From contig JAEDEG010000001.1 in assembly GCA_016293435.1 (NCBI GenBank), forward strand, positions 1-61,123: a DNA stretch of 61,123 nucleotides. The letters are read 5' to 3'. Under the pieces are notes generated by a model, which saw nothing but the letters and a program-made list of their open reading frames with translations, had not been told where the DNA came from and made no database searches. This document shows, piece after piece, positions 29,487 through 38,399 of this stretch (the first letter of the stretch is position 1; each line of letters begins with the position of its first letter). The stretch is from Clostridia bacterium (GTDB taxonomy: Bacteria > Bacillota > Clostridia > UMGS1810). The position numbers were made by a program, and so were the translations under genes.

Positions 29487-31334
29487 TTGTCAGACATAGA
29501 AGAAAAACTCAAAACGCTTCCCGAGCAAAGCGGTGTTTATATAATGAAAAATGCCGATGGCGAAATTATATATGTCGGCAAAGCCAAAATTCTTAAAAAC
29601 AGAGTTAGGCAATATTTCAACAATCACAATCATTCTCCCAAGGTTGAAAAAATGGTTGAAAATATTGCCGATTTTGAATATATAATTACAGATACCGAAC
29701 AAGAAGCACTTATTCTCGAAAACAATCTAATCAAAGAAAACCATCCAAAATACAATATTTTGCTTAAAGATGATAAAACTTATCCGTTTATCAAAATAAC
29801 GGTTCACGAAGATTTTCCGAGAATAATGGTAACCAGACGAGTTATAAGAGACGGTTCAAAATATTTCGGACCATACTGCAGCAACTTCAATGTTAAAGAG
29901 CTGGTCGAACTCATTTCAGAATTTTTTGGATTACGCAAATGCAAAAAAAACATATATAAAAATTCCTATGACAATAAATCCTGTTTGTATTACCAGATGA
30001 GTAAGTGTCCCGCACCTTGCTGCGGAAAAATTTCAGAAGCGCAATATCGTAATAATGTGAATAATGCAATAGATTTTATTAATGGAAAAAACGAATATAT
30101 AACCAACGTTTTATCTGCCAAAATGAAGCAGGCAGCCGATCAGCTTGATTTTGAAACCGCAGCAATTTTGAGAGATCGCATAAAATCCGTATCAATAATA
30201 AAAGAAAAGCAAAAAATTGTTTCCGCATCGGGTTCAGATTATGACGCAATTGCTATATACAATGATAACGATATTGCTTGCATAGAGATATTTTTTATTA
30301 GAAGCGGAAAAATTGTTGGCAAAGAGCATTATTTTCTTTCTCAGACCGAAGGAGTTGCTGACGGAACCGTCATATCCGAATTTATAAAACAATATTACGA
30401 AAATGCATCGTTTATACCTCCACAAATTTTGGTACCGAACGAGATCGCAGACGTTGGCTCGATAGAAGTCTGGCTTTCCGAAAAAATCAGCAAGAGCGTT
30501 AAGTTTTCGATTCCTAAAATCGGCGATAAATTTAAGCTGATAGAAATGATAGCTTCAAACGCAAAAAAAGAGCATAGCGAAAGACAACTCAAAATAATGA
30601 GAGATATTTCATTCAAAAATAATGCCCTTAATTCGCTACGTGATTTAATAAAGTGCGACGAAACTCCCATGATTATTGAAGCCTATGATATTTCCAATAT
30701 TTCAGCATCATCAAAGGTTGGTGCAATGGTTTGCTTTGAAGCCGGAAAGCCTTGCCGTTCTAAATACAGAAATTTCAAAATAAAATACGTTTTAGGCCAA
30801 GATGACTATATGTGTATGGCGGAGGTTGTGTCCCGACGTGTGGAACGCGGTTTATCCGAAATGGGCAATAATTCATCAGACAGAACCTCATTTTTACCTT
30901 TTCCCGATTTAATATTGGTTGATGGCGGAATGGGCCATGTAAATACTGTTAATAAGGTATTATCTGACTACAATTTATCAATTCCTGTTTTTGGGATTGT
31001 AAAGGATAATCGACATCGCACCGATGGGCTTGTATCTCCTGATGGAAACGTAAAGATTGATAAAAGCAGCGAGGCATTTATGCTCCTTACTCAAATTCAG
31101 GACGAGATGCACAGGAGAGCTGTAACATATCATCGTTCAATAAGAGATAATTCTACTCTTAAGTCTGAGCTTGTGAAAATAAAAGGAGTAGGGGAGAAAA
31201 AAGCCATGATATTGCTAAAACGCTTTAAAAGTGTAAAAAAAATAAAGGATGCTCAGCTTGAAGAATTGATAAATGTTGTTGGTATTGATGAATCTACTGC
31301 TAAAAATGTGTATGGATATTTCAACGGTCAATAA
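29487..31334 (+). CDS. uvrC: Excinuclease ABC subunit C
   Basis: GIY-YIG N-terminus (SGVYIMKNADGEIIYVGKAKILKNRVRQYF), a UVR domain and a C-terminal (HhH)2. The TTG at 29487 follows AAGGTGA. The track start is the GTG at 29478. Confidence 0.93.
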   Translation: MSDIEEKLKTLPEQSGVYIMKNADGEIIYVGKAKILKNRVRQYFNNHNHSPKVEKMVENIADFEYIITDTEQEALILENNLIKENHPKYNILLKDDKTYPFIKITVHEDFPRIMVTRRVIRDGSKYFGPYCSNFNVKELVELISEFFGLRKCKKNIYKNSYDNKSCLYYQMSKCPAPCCGKISEAQYRNNVNNAIDFINGKNEYITNVLSAKMKQAADQLDFETAAILRDRIKSVSIIKEKQKIVSASGSDYDAIAIYNDNDIACIEIFFIRSGKIVGKEHYFLSQTEGVADGTVISEFIKQYYENASFIPPQILVPNEIADVGSIEVWLSEKISKSVKFSIPKIGDKFKLIEMIASNAKKEHSERQLKIMRDISFKNNALNSLRDLIKCDETPMIIEAYDISNISASSKVGAMVCFEAGKPCRSKYRNFKIKYVLGQDDYMCMAEVVSRRVERGLSEMGNNSSDRTSFLPFPDLILVDGGMGHVNTVNKVLSDYNLSIPVFGIVKDNRHRTDGLVSPDGNVKIDKSSEAFMLLTQIQDEMHRRAVTYHRSIRDNSTLKSELVKIKGVGEKKAMILLKRFKSVKKIKDAQLEELINVVGIDESTAKNVYGYFNGQ

Positions 31335-32298
31335 TTGAAATATCCTGTTCATATTTTAGAGTAAAGCTTGTGAGTTCTTTTCCACGCATAGTATTTTCGG
31401 TCATCTGAATACCATTTATTCTGCTGTTGGTGTAAGTTGTATAATAATAAATAAGCCTATCAGTGTCACAGCACGACGAATATAATGTAAATTCTTTTTT
31501 CCCATCTTCGGTCAGCGTACATCCGTAAATTTGACTCACACATTTCAATATGTGAAAAAACCGTGTAATTCCGCAATCATTTGATTGTGATAAACTATGT
31601 GAATTGAATTTTATATATGCTGCTCTGACAAATCGAGACATAGATGACATATCACCGGGAAGACCAAAAGCACCAAGACCGCGACTGTATTCTCTTAATT
31701 TTATTCCCGGCAAAAACGTATCGTGGCACACGTTAACGCCCAAATTCATATAGCTGGCAAGATTATAAGTCTGAGTTCTAAAATCAGGCATATTGGTTAG
31801 TATTCCCACGTCGTTTTCTAAAACATTCATTCCGGTTTTATCACATTCAACAGCTACAGCTTTACTTTTATCTGCAATTATCCAATGCAGAGGAGCGACA
31901 GGCGTAGCTTCGTCAAATTTTATCGAAGTTACATTTATTTTTGATAAACACTTTACGGCTTCATCAACGTTTTGACAAATGCCTAGAATATACGGTATTA
32001 GTTCAAATACAGCAATGTTTTTTAAGTTTTCAGATTCATTGTAATAGCAAGCATCCACGTATCTCAAGCCGGCCACACTTAATCCCTTTTCATTTGTAGC
32101 GTCAAAATACAACGGATATCCATGCCTGATAGCTGACATTCCAATCATTGCATAATGGTTGGATAGTGTTTCCCCTGACCGAAAATTAAATTCATAATTT
32201 CTTGGAGTGATAACTACTTTTTCACCGTAAGAACATTCAACATCTAGATTTCTGCCAAAAAGATTGTGTTTATCGTTAAGCAAAATTGCAGTACACAT
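31321..32298 (-). CDS. Choloylglycine hydrolase family Ntn-hydrolase (bile salt hydrolase / penicillin V acylase-like)
   Basis: MCTAILLNDKHNLFGRNLDVE has the nucleophile Cys directly after Met, so the start is trimmed to the ATG at 32298. NEKGLSVAGL and ILTNMPDF are colinear with BSH. The 3' end overlaps the uvrC 3' end by 14 nt. Confidence 0.85.
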   Translation of the reverse strand: MCTAILLNDKHNLFGRNLDVECSYGEKVVITPRNYEFNFRSGETLSNHYAMIGMSAIRHGYPLYFDATNEKGLSVAGLRYVDACYYNESENLKNIAVFELIPYILGICQNVDEAVKCLSKINVTSIKFDEATPVAPLHWIIADKSKAVAVECDKTGMNVLENDVGILTNMPDFRTQTYNLASYMNLGVNVCHDTFLPGIKLREYSRGLGAFGLPGDMSSMSRFVRAAYIKFNSHSLSQSNDCGITRFFHILKCVSQIYGCTLTEDGKKEFTLYSSCCDTDRLIYYYTTYTNSRINGIQMTENTMRGKELTSFTLKYEQDISIIDR

Positions 32299-32404
32299 AA
32301 AAATATTCACCTCAGTGTTATTATTATCTATTTCAAAGTAAATTAAACTATTGCTTTTTTCTTATAAAAAAGTTATAATAGTATAAATTAAATAAGGAGG
32401 ATGG

Positions 32405-33046
32405 ATGAAAATGAAAAAAATATCTTTTTTCATTCTGATGTTAATATTATTACTTACTTCGTGTTCTTCACAAGATAAAGAGTCCAAAGCAACGGAAGAG
32501 CACAAGCCGGCAGCTGTCGAGAGCGTTGTTTCTTCCGACGCTGCACCCGAGCATGAAACAGTGACTTTTGAGGTGGAGAATTTCGGCAATTTTGTTGTCG
32601 AAACATTTCCCGAATATGCACCGGATACAGTGGCACACTTTCTAAAACTTGTTAATAGCGGATTTTATAACGGATTTACAATTGAGCAGATAGACCACAG
32701 CTTTGCTATGCTCAGTTCCAAATCACCGCAGGATTTAAACTCTGATAGTGCAGCTTATTTTAACTATTCAATACCCGGAGAGTTTACACAAAACGGAAGA
32801 AGCAACAATCTTCCACTCGAAAAGTACACTCTTGCTCTATATCATGCACCCGATCAAAATGATTCGGCGATGGCTCAGTTTATGATTTTTTTAACCAACG
32901 ACCACGAGGTTAACGGTTCATACGCGGGCTTTGCCAAAGTTGTGGAGGGAACAGATGTAATAGACAAGATGGCAGGCACACTTGTAGACGAAAGAGATGC
33001 TCCTGTTTTGCCAATTGTTATGAAAAAAGTCTATATAAACGAATAA
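32405..33046 (+). CDS. Cyclophilin-fold lipoprotein with divergent active-site motifs
   Basis: Lipobox LLLTSC. Cyclophilin-like blocks are PEYAPDTVAHFLKLVNSGFYNG and AQFMIFL...GSYAGFAKVVEGTDVIDKM. The canonical FHRV..F.IQGG stretch reads TIEQIDHSFAMLSS. The start is the ATG at 32405 or 32411. Confidence 0.65.
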   Translation: MKMKKISFFILMLILLLTSCSSQDKESKATEEHKPAAVESVVSSDAAPEHETVTFEVENFGNFVVETFPEYAPDTVAHFLKLVNSGFYNGFTIEQIDHSFAMLSSKSPQDLNSDSAAYFNYSIPGEFTQNGRSNNLPLEKYTLALYHAPDQNDSAMAQFMIFLTNDHEVNGSYAGFAKVVEGTDVIDKMAGTLVDERDAPVLPIVMKKVYINE

Positions 33047-33075
33047 TTTTTGTGTTAATTTTTTAACGACATATC

Positions 33076-33104
33076 TTGCATAAATTTAGATTTTATAGTA
33101 AAAT
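33076..33104 (+). promoter_or_regulatory. Candidate sigma-A promoter of gap
   Basis: TTGCAT at 33076-33081, 17 nt spacer, TAAAAT at 33099-33104. Confidence 0.5.
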
Positions 33105-33149
33105 ATAGAATAAAGGTAAAAATATTTCAACTTTAAGGAGGAACAGAAA

Positions 33150-34163
33150 ATGGCAGTTAAAGTTGCTATTAATGGTTTTGGCCGTATCGGCCGTTTGGCA
33201 TTCAGACAGATGTTTGGTGCAGAAGGTTATGAAGTTGTTGCTATCAATGACCTCACAGAGCCCAAGATGCTTGCTCATCTTTTAAAGTATGACTCATCTC
33301 AGGGAAGATATGACGGACACACTGTTGTTGCCGGCGAAGATTCTATTACTGTTGACGGTAAAGAAATTAAAATTTATAAATTCAAAGACGCAAGTGAATG
33401 TCCTTGGGGTGCTCTTGGAGTAGATGTTGTTCTGGAGTGCACCGGTTTCTATTGTTCTAAGGATAAATCTCAGGCACACATCAATGCAGGTGCTAAAAAG
33501 GTTGTTATTTCTGCTCCCGCAGGAAATGACCTTAAGACAATTGTATTCAGTGTAAATGAAGATACTCTCACAGCTGATGATACAATCATTTCTGCTGCTT
33601 CATGTACAACAAACTGCTTGGCTCCCATGGCAAAAGCTCTCAATGATTATGCTCCTATCCAGAGCGGCATCATGTCCACAATCCATGCTTATACAGGTGA
33701 CCAGATGATTCTCGACGGTCCTCACAGAAAAGGTGATCTTAGAAGGGCAAGAGCTGGTGCGGTTAACATTGTTCCCAATTCAACCGGCGCAGCAAAAGCT
33801 ATTGGTCTTGTTATTCCCGAGCTCAATGGTAAGCTCATCGGTTCTGCACAGAGAGTTCCCGTTCCCACAGGCTCCACAACAATTCTCACAGCAGTTGTTA
33901 AAGGTACTGATGTTACCAAAGAAGGTATCAATGCTGCAATGAAGGCTGCTTCATCCGAATCCTTTGGATACAACGAAGATGAAATCGTTTCTTCCGATAT
34001 CGTTGGTATCAAATATGGTTCACTTTTTGATGCTACCCAGACAATGGTTTCAAAAGTGGCTGATGATCTTTATGAAGTTCAGGTTGTTTCATGGTATGAT
34101 AACGAGAATTCATACACGAGCCAGATGGTTAGAACAATCAAATATTTTGCAGAACTTGCATAA
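33150..34163 (+). CDS. gap: Type I glyceraldehyde-3-phosphate dehydrogenase
   Basis: INGFGRIGR and the active site SCTTNCLAP, with full-length colinearity. RBS AAGGAGG. Confidence 0.96.
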   Translation: MAVKVAINGFGRIGRLAFRQMFGAEGYEVVAINDLTEPKMLAHLLKYDSSQGRYDGHTVVAGEDSITVDGKEIKIYKFKDASECPWGALGVDVVLECTGFYCSKDKSQAHINAGAKKVVISAPAGNDLKTIVFSVNEDTLTADDTIISAASCTTNCLAPMAKALNDYAPIQSGIMSTIHAYTGDQMILDGPHRKGDLRRARAGAVNIVPNSTGAAKAIGLVIPELNGKLIGSAQRVPVPTGSTTILTAVVKGTDVTKEGINAAMKAASSESFGYNEDEIVSSDIVGIKYGSLFDATQTMVSKVADDLYEVQVVSWYDNENSYTSQMVRTIKYFAELA

Positions 34164-34247
34164 TTAGGATTGAATATTTCAAAAAAGTTATGCATTGGGT
34201 ATAAGCTCAATTCATGACACCTTAGAATTTTGTGTAAAGTTTTTACT

Positions 34248-34308
34248 AAACCTCCGGGACGATATAATTGCTGAATAAGCAATATAAATATATCATCCGG
34301 AGGTTTTT
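34248..34308 (+). terminator. Intrinsic terminator after gap
   Basis: AAACCTCCGG pairs with CCGGAGGTTT, with an inner hairpin ATTGCT/AGCAAT, followed by TTTTT. Confidence 0.8.
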
Positions 34309-34408
34309 AGCATATCGCGGTCGAAAATATTGATTCGAGATTTTTAATGTTAAAATACAATTATTTTATACGCTTTTTGAATTATTCGAAATAGTTATTT
34401 TTTTTCTA

Positions 34409-34437
34409 TTTACAATAAAATCTATTTATGATATAAT
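34409..34437 (+). promoter_or_regulatory. Sigma-A promoter of the two-gene operon of unknown function
   Basis: TTTACA at 34409-34414, 17 nt spacer, TGaTATAAT extended -10 at 34429-34437. Confidence 0.55.
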
Positions 34438-34473
34438 CCACAAAAATGTAAGTAGTATGCAGGAGGTTATATC

Positions 34474-35904
34474 ATGAAAAGAAACTGGAAAATAATGTAT
34501 ACAAAATATCAAGGGCTTGAAAAAAAAGCTATAGAGCTTGTAGGCGCAGAGGTAGGAAAAACAATTCTACGAGATAAGGGTGTATATACACTACATACAC
34601 TCGCTGTAGAAAAGATTAATGATAACTTTGATAAAAACACAATTATCATTGGAATATATGATGATAATCCTTATATTCAAAAATATGTAGAAAAAAAAGA
34701 AATCCCCGAAAACGGATATTGTGTAAGAGTGATTCCAAATCCAGAAAACAGCAAGTTGAAAATTGCTTTAATTACAGCAAATGACCCGGTCAATGTTTTT
34801 TACGGAGCGGTAGACTTTTCAGATAATTATCTGCCGAGTGCCGCACCTGTTGCAGGGGGGATACGAACACCATACGAAACATTTAACTCAATTTTACCTG
34901 ACTACTTTAATTCGTCAGCTCCAAAATCGAAAACAAGGAGCATATTTACTTGGGGACATCCGATAAATAATTATAGAAAATATATAGATAACATTGCTCG
35001 ACTTAAGATTAATCAGCTCATTGTCTGGAACGATTTTCTTCCGATAAATGCGAATGATATTGTAGCATATGCTCATGAATATGAAATTGAAATTATTTGG
35101 GGATTTGCCTGGGGATGGACAACCAATTGTAATGATACATCAATAATTAATAATCTCGATTCTATAAAAGAAGATATATTATATAAATTTAAAGAAATTT
35201 ACAATGGTGCGGGCGATGGTATATATTTTCAGTCATTTACTGAAACAAACGAAGATCGTCTTGGCGGCAAATTAATTGCAGAGGCGGTTACGGATTTTGT
35301 AAACGATGTATCAATTGAGATTTTTAAAATCAATCCCGATATACGTATACAGTTCGGATTGCATGCTTGTAGTGTTAAAGATCATATTGATTATATTTCC
35401 AAAGTAAACGAAAATGTAGACATCATATGGGAGGACTGCGGCTCTTTTCCATATAATTACATGCCTGTTGTATGCACTGAGCAGGAATACGATGAAACGC
35501 TTGATTTCACTAAAAAAATAATTAATCTTCGCACCAAAGGCAGTACTGGCTTGGTATACAAAGGCATGATGACTATGGATTGGACCAAATTTGTACACCA
35601 AAGCGGCCCTTATATTATGGGTATGGCATCTCAGGAACTTATTGATAACGACATTGCCATGCTTCGTCCAATATGGAAGTATTTTCAGACAGAATGGATG
35701 TCAGCCGGAAGACAAGCATGGGATTTTACTCGCAAAATTTGTTCTTGGTCAAATGGTAACATTAATCTCTGTATTGCGGGAGCGTTGGATGGAGCTATAT
35801 GGTTTCCCGAAGCACTGTGTGCAGAAATTATGTGGAACAGTGATGAACCGTATGAAAAAATAGTAGACAGAGTAGGAAAAAAACCTTGTGTAAAAATGGT
35901 GTAA
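34474..35904 (+). CDS. Hypothetical 476 aa cytoplasmic protein; possible glycosidase-like fold (alpha/beta N-domain followed by a barrel-like region)
   Basis: Intact ORF with RBS GGAGG and no signal peptide. The segment KIALITANDPVNVFYGAVDF resembles the N-domain of GH20/GH67-type enzymes only by eye. No firm family was recognised. Confidence 0.35.
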   Translation: MKRNWKIMYTKYQGLEKKAIELVGAEVGKTILRDKGVYTLHTLAVEKINDNFDKNTIIIGIYDDNPYIQKYVEKKEIPENGYCVRVIPNPENSKLKIALITANDPVNVFYGAVDFSDNYLPSAAPVAGGIRTPYETFNSILPDYFNSSAPKSKTRSIFTWGHPINNYRKYIDNIARLKINQLIVWNDFLPINANDIVAYAHEYEIEIIWGFAWGWTTNCNDTSIINNLDSIKEDILYKFKEIYNGAGDGIYFQSFTETNEDRLGGKLIAEAVTDFVNDVSIEIFKINPDIRIQFGLHACSVKDHIDYISKVNENVDIIWEDCGSFPYNYMPVVCTEQEYDETLDFTKKIINLRTKGSTGLVYKGMMTMDWTKFVHQSGPYIMGMASQELIDNDIAMLRPIWKYFQTEWMSAGRQAWDFTRKICSWSNGNINLCIAGALDGAIWFPEALCAEIMWNSDEPYEKIVDRVGKKPCVKMV

Positions 35905-35908
35905 TAGT

Positions 35909-37900
35909 ATGGAAAATTCTTTATTCAATATCACGATAGATAAACAAACCGGATGTATCACTTCAATAGCACATCCCAAAGATAAGCATTTTATGAATTG
36001 GTGTAGCGAAGCTGCGTCGTGGGGAAAAATTCACTCATTTAACAGATTAAATTTTGATGATGAAAAAAATTTAAATCTTGATTTATGTATTGTTGATAAC
36101 GATAAATCTGAATCAAGGTATTTTAACGATTTTATTTCGGTAACAGTCAACCGATATTTCAAAAGTAACGGCAATTTTGTTGAAAAATACACAGTTCGCA
36201 ATTTAACCGATACAGTGATTACAATTAATCGTGACAATTTTGGTATAGAACTTCCGTTTAATGACAGATATACTTATGCGGACGAATGTATGACAAACCG
36301 ATGCAATACACATATATGGTGTGCTCACAATACTGCTTGGGTAAATGCTCTGCGTATGGGGCCGTCAGATATAAATCTCGGACTCGTACTTACCAAAGGC
36401 TCAATTGACAGCTATAGTCAAAACAACTGCAATAGCAACACTCGAGGTGTATTTGTATTAAACAGTGGCACTGCAATGCTTACAAGCGGGGCAGAATATG
36501 AGATTGAATGGGAAATTTTTTGGCACAAAGGTAACGATGATTTTCTGTACAAACTTTCAAACTACAAAAATATTGTACAGGTTTGCGCCAAGCATTATAC
36601 AGTTTTTAGAGATGAAACCATTGATTTTACGGTTAAAGGAAGTGGAATATCAGATATAGAAGTATATTGCCATGGAAAAAAAATTAATACAATATATTCC
36701 GGTGATGAATATAGTGTAAAATATACCCCGGAGACACTCGGCGATTTTCGTTTTAAAATCTGTTACAATTCCGTTATGTACACATATGCAGAATTTACAG
36801 TTAAACCGTCTTTTGGCGACTTAGTAAAAAACAGAATACATTTTATTGCCGAGCATCAGCAGTGTCACAACAAAAAAAGCCCTCTCTATGGGGCATATCT
36901 GATATATGATAACACTAGCGAGAGCACATATTTTGACGATTCTTTTCCCGATCATAATGCGTGTCGTGAAAGAATAGGTATGGCATTGCTTTTTGCCAAA
37001 TATCTCCAATACAAAAATGACGAAAAAATTGCTGCATCGTTGGATTTATACATTAGTTTTTTAAAAAGAGAGTTTTATGATGAAGAAACCGGAGAGGTTT
37101 ATAATACAATAGGAAAAAAGCGCAACATGATTCGTCTCTATAATGCGCCATGGGTTATGATGCTATTTGGTGAAATGTACTATCTGACCAAAGACAGTTC
37201 ATATCTTACAGAAATACTTAAAATGGCCGATAATTATTACAAACTTGGAGGAAAGAAATTTTATCCCAACGGCTTAGAAATAGTCAATATTGTCAATGCT
37301 TTTATTGATGCAAATATGTATGAAGAGGCTAAAATTATGAAATCATATTATGATGAGCATGTCAATAATATGATTTCCAACGGTCTTTCTTACCCTAAAC
37401 ATGAAGTCAATTATGAGCAGACTATAGTTACTCCCGCAGCAACGTTTATAAGCGAACTCGGTCTTATAAGCGAAGCAAAAGAATACTATAGTAAGGCAGC
37501 GTCTGAGCACATAGCATGTCTGAAGCTGTTTTCAGGTATTCAACCAAGCTATCATCTGTATGAAATTCCAATTCGATATTGGGATGATTATTGGTTTGGT
37601 AAATCGAGACTGTTTGGCGATACATTTCCGCATTATTGGAGCTGTCTAACCGCACGATCTTATATTTACTATTATAAGCTCACAGGTGAAAGATTATATA
37701 AAGAAAGTGCAGAAGAATGCCTGCGCAACTGTATGTGTCTGTTTACCCCCGATGGGAGAGGTTCATGTGCCTATGTTTATCCTCAATCTTTGAATGGCAT
37801 AAAAGGAGAGTTTTTTGACGAATGGGCAAATGACCAGGATTTTGCACTTTATTTTGCGCTATCTTTCATGGATGAAATTGAAACATTCCGTATTGTATAA
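35909..37900 (+). CDS. Hypothetical 663 aa cytoplasmic protein; the C-terminal half looks helical-repeat (six-hairpin-like)
   Basis: Intact ORF starting 4 nt after the upstream stop. No signal peptide. No family was recognised with confidence. Confidence 0.3.
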   Translation: MENSLFNITIDKQTGCITSIAHPKDKHFMNWCSEAASWGKIHSFNRLNFDDEKNLNLDLCIVDNDKSESRYFNDFISVTVNRYFKSNGNFVEKYTVRNLTDTVITINRDNFGIELPFNDRYTYADECMTNRCNTHIWCAHNTAWVNALRMGPSDINLGLVLTKGSIDSYSQNNCNSNTRGVFVLNSGTAMLTSGAEYEIEWEIFWHKGNDDFLYKLSNYKNIVQVCAKHYTVFRDETIDFTVKGSGISDIEVYCHGKKINTIYSGDEYSVKYTPETLGDFRFKICYNSVMYTYAEFTVKPSFGDLVKNRIHFIAEHQQCHNKKSPLYGAYLIYDNTSESTYFDDSFPDHNACRERIGMALLFAKYLQYKNDEKIAASLDLYISFLKREFYDEETGEVYNTIGKKRNMIRLYNAPWVMMLFGEMYYLTKDSSYLTEILKMADNYYKLGGKKFYPNGLEIVNIVNAFIDANMYEEAKIMKSYYDEHVNNMISNGLSYPKHEVNYEQTIVTPAATFISELGLISEAKEYYSKAASEHIACLKLFSGIQPSYHLYEIPIRYWDDYWFGKSRLFGDTFPHYWSCLTARSYIYYYKLTGERLYKESAEECLRNCMCLFTPDGRGSCAYVYPQSLNGIKGEFFDEWANDQDFALYFALSFMDEIETFRIV

Positions 37901-37915
37901 TAGGATTTTTATAAA

Positions 37916-37951
37916 AATACCCCCTGAATTTTTATTTCGGTGGGTATTTTG
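37916..37951 (+). terminator. Intrinsic terminator after the two-gene operon
   Basis: AAATACCC (37916-37923) pairs with GGGTATTT (37942-37949), followed by a TT run. Confidence 0.5.
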
Positions 37952-38000
37952 TCATATATTCGGAAAAATCCAATATATATTTTATCGAGGTGAAACCAAA

Positions 38001-38387
38001 ATGGAATTAGGGTATATTACTGCAAGAATATATACATCAGATGCAGAACTGCCAATTGAAGGAGCATCTTTTAGCGTCATCTCAGCAGATGAAAATGCTC
38101 CAAAGCTTTTGGGCACGCGAATTACAGATGAAAACGGGAAAACAACAAGTATAGAAATAGAAGCTCCAAATTCCGAACTGTCACAGAGCCCCGGAAATCC
38201 AACACCATATACATCGGTAAATATACGCGTTGACCACCCGGACTTCAATACACGTTATGTAGAGGGAGTTCAGATTTTTGCAGGGCAGGTTGCTGTACAA
38301 AATGTTCCGATGATTCCAACAGATGATCATATCGAACCGGATCTGAAATCCGATACATACTACATTGAACCAAATATCAACCTGTAA
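38001..38387 (+). CDS. Carboxypeptidase-regulatory-like beta-sandwich protein, homologous to the N-terminal pro-region of SleC-type cortex lytic enzymes
   Basis: The ATG at 38001 follows GAGGTGA (37988-37994). The track ORF from 37815 overlaps the upstream gene and terminator. Sequence: ITARIYTSDAELPIEGASFSVI...VNIRVDHPDFNTRYVEGVQIFAGQVAVQNVPMIP. Confidence 0.7.
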   Translation: MELGYITARIYTSDAELPIEGASFSVISADENAPKLLGTRITDENGKTTSIEIEAPNSELSQSPGNPTPYTSVNIRVDHPDFNTRYVEGVQIFAGQVAVQNVPMIPTDDHIEPDLKSDTYYIEPNINL

Positions 38388-38399
38388 GGAGGTACGCTA

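Noticed and set aside
37815-38000. N-terminal 62 codons of the track ORF 37815..38387.
   Set aside because: This part overlaps the end of the upstream CDS and its terminator hairpin. The domain homology starts at the ATG at 38001, which has a GAGGTGA RBS.
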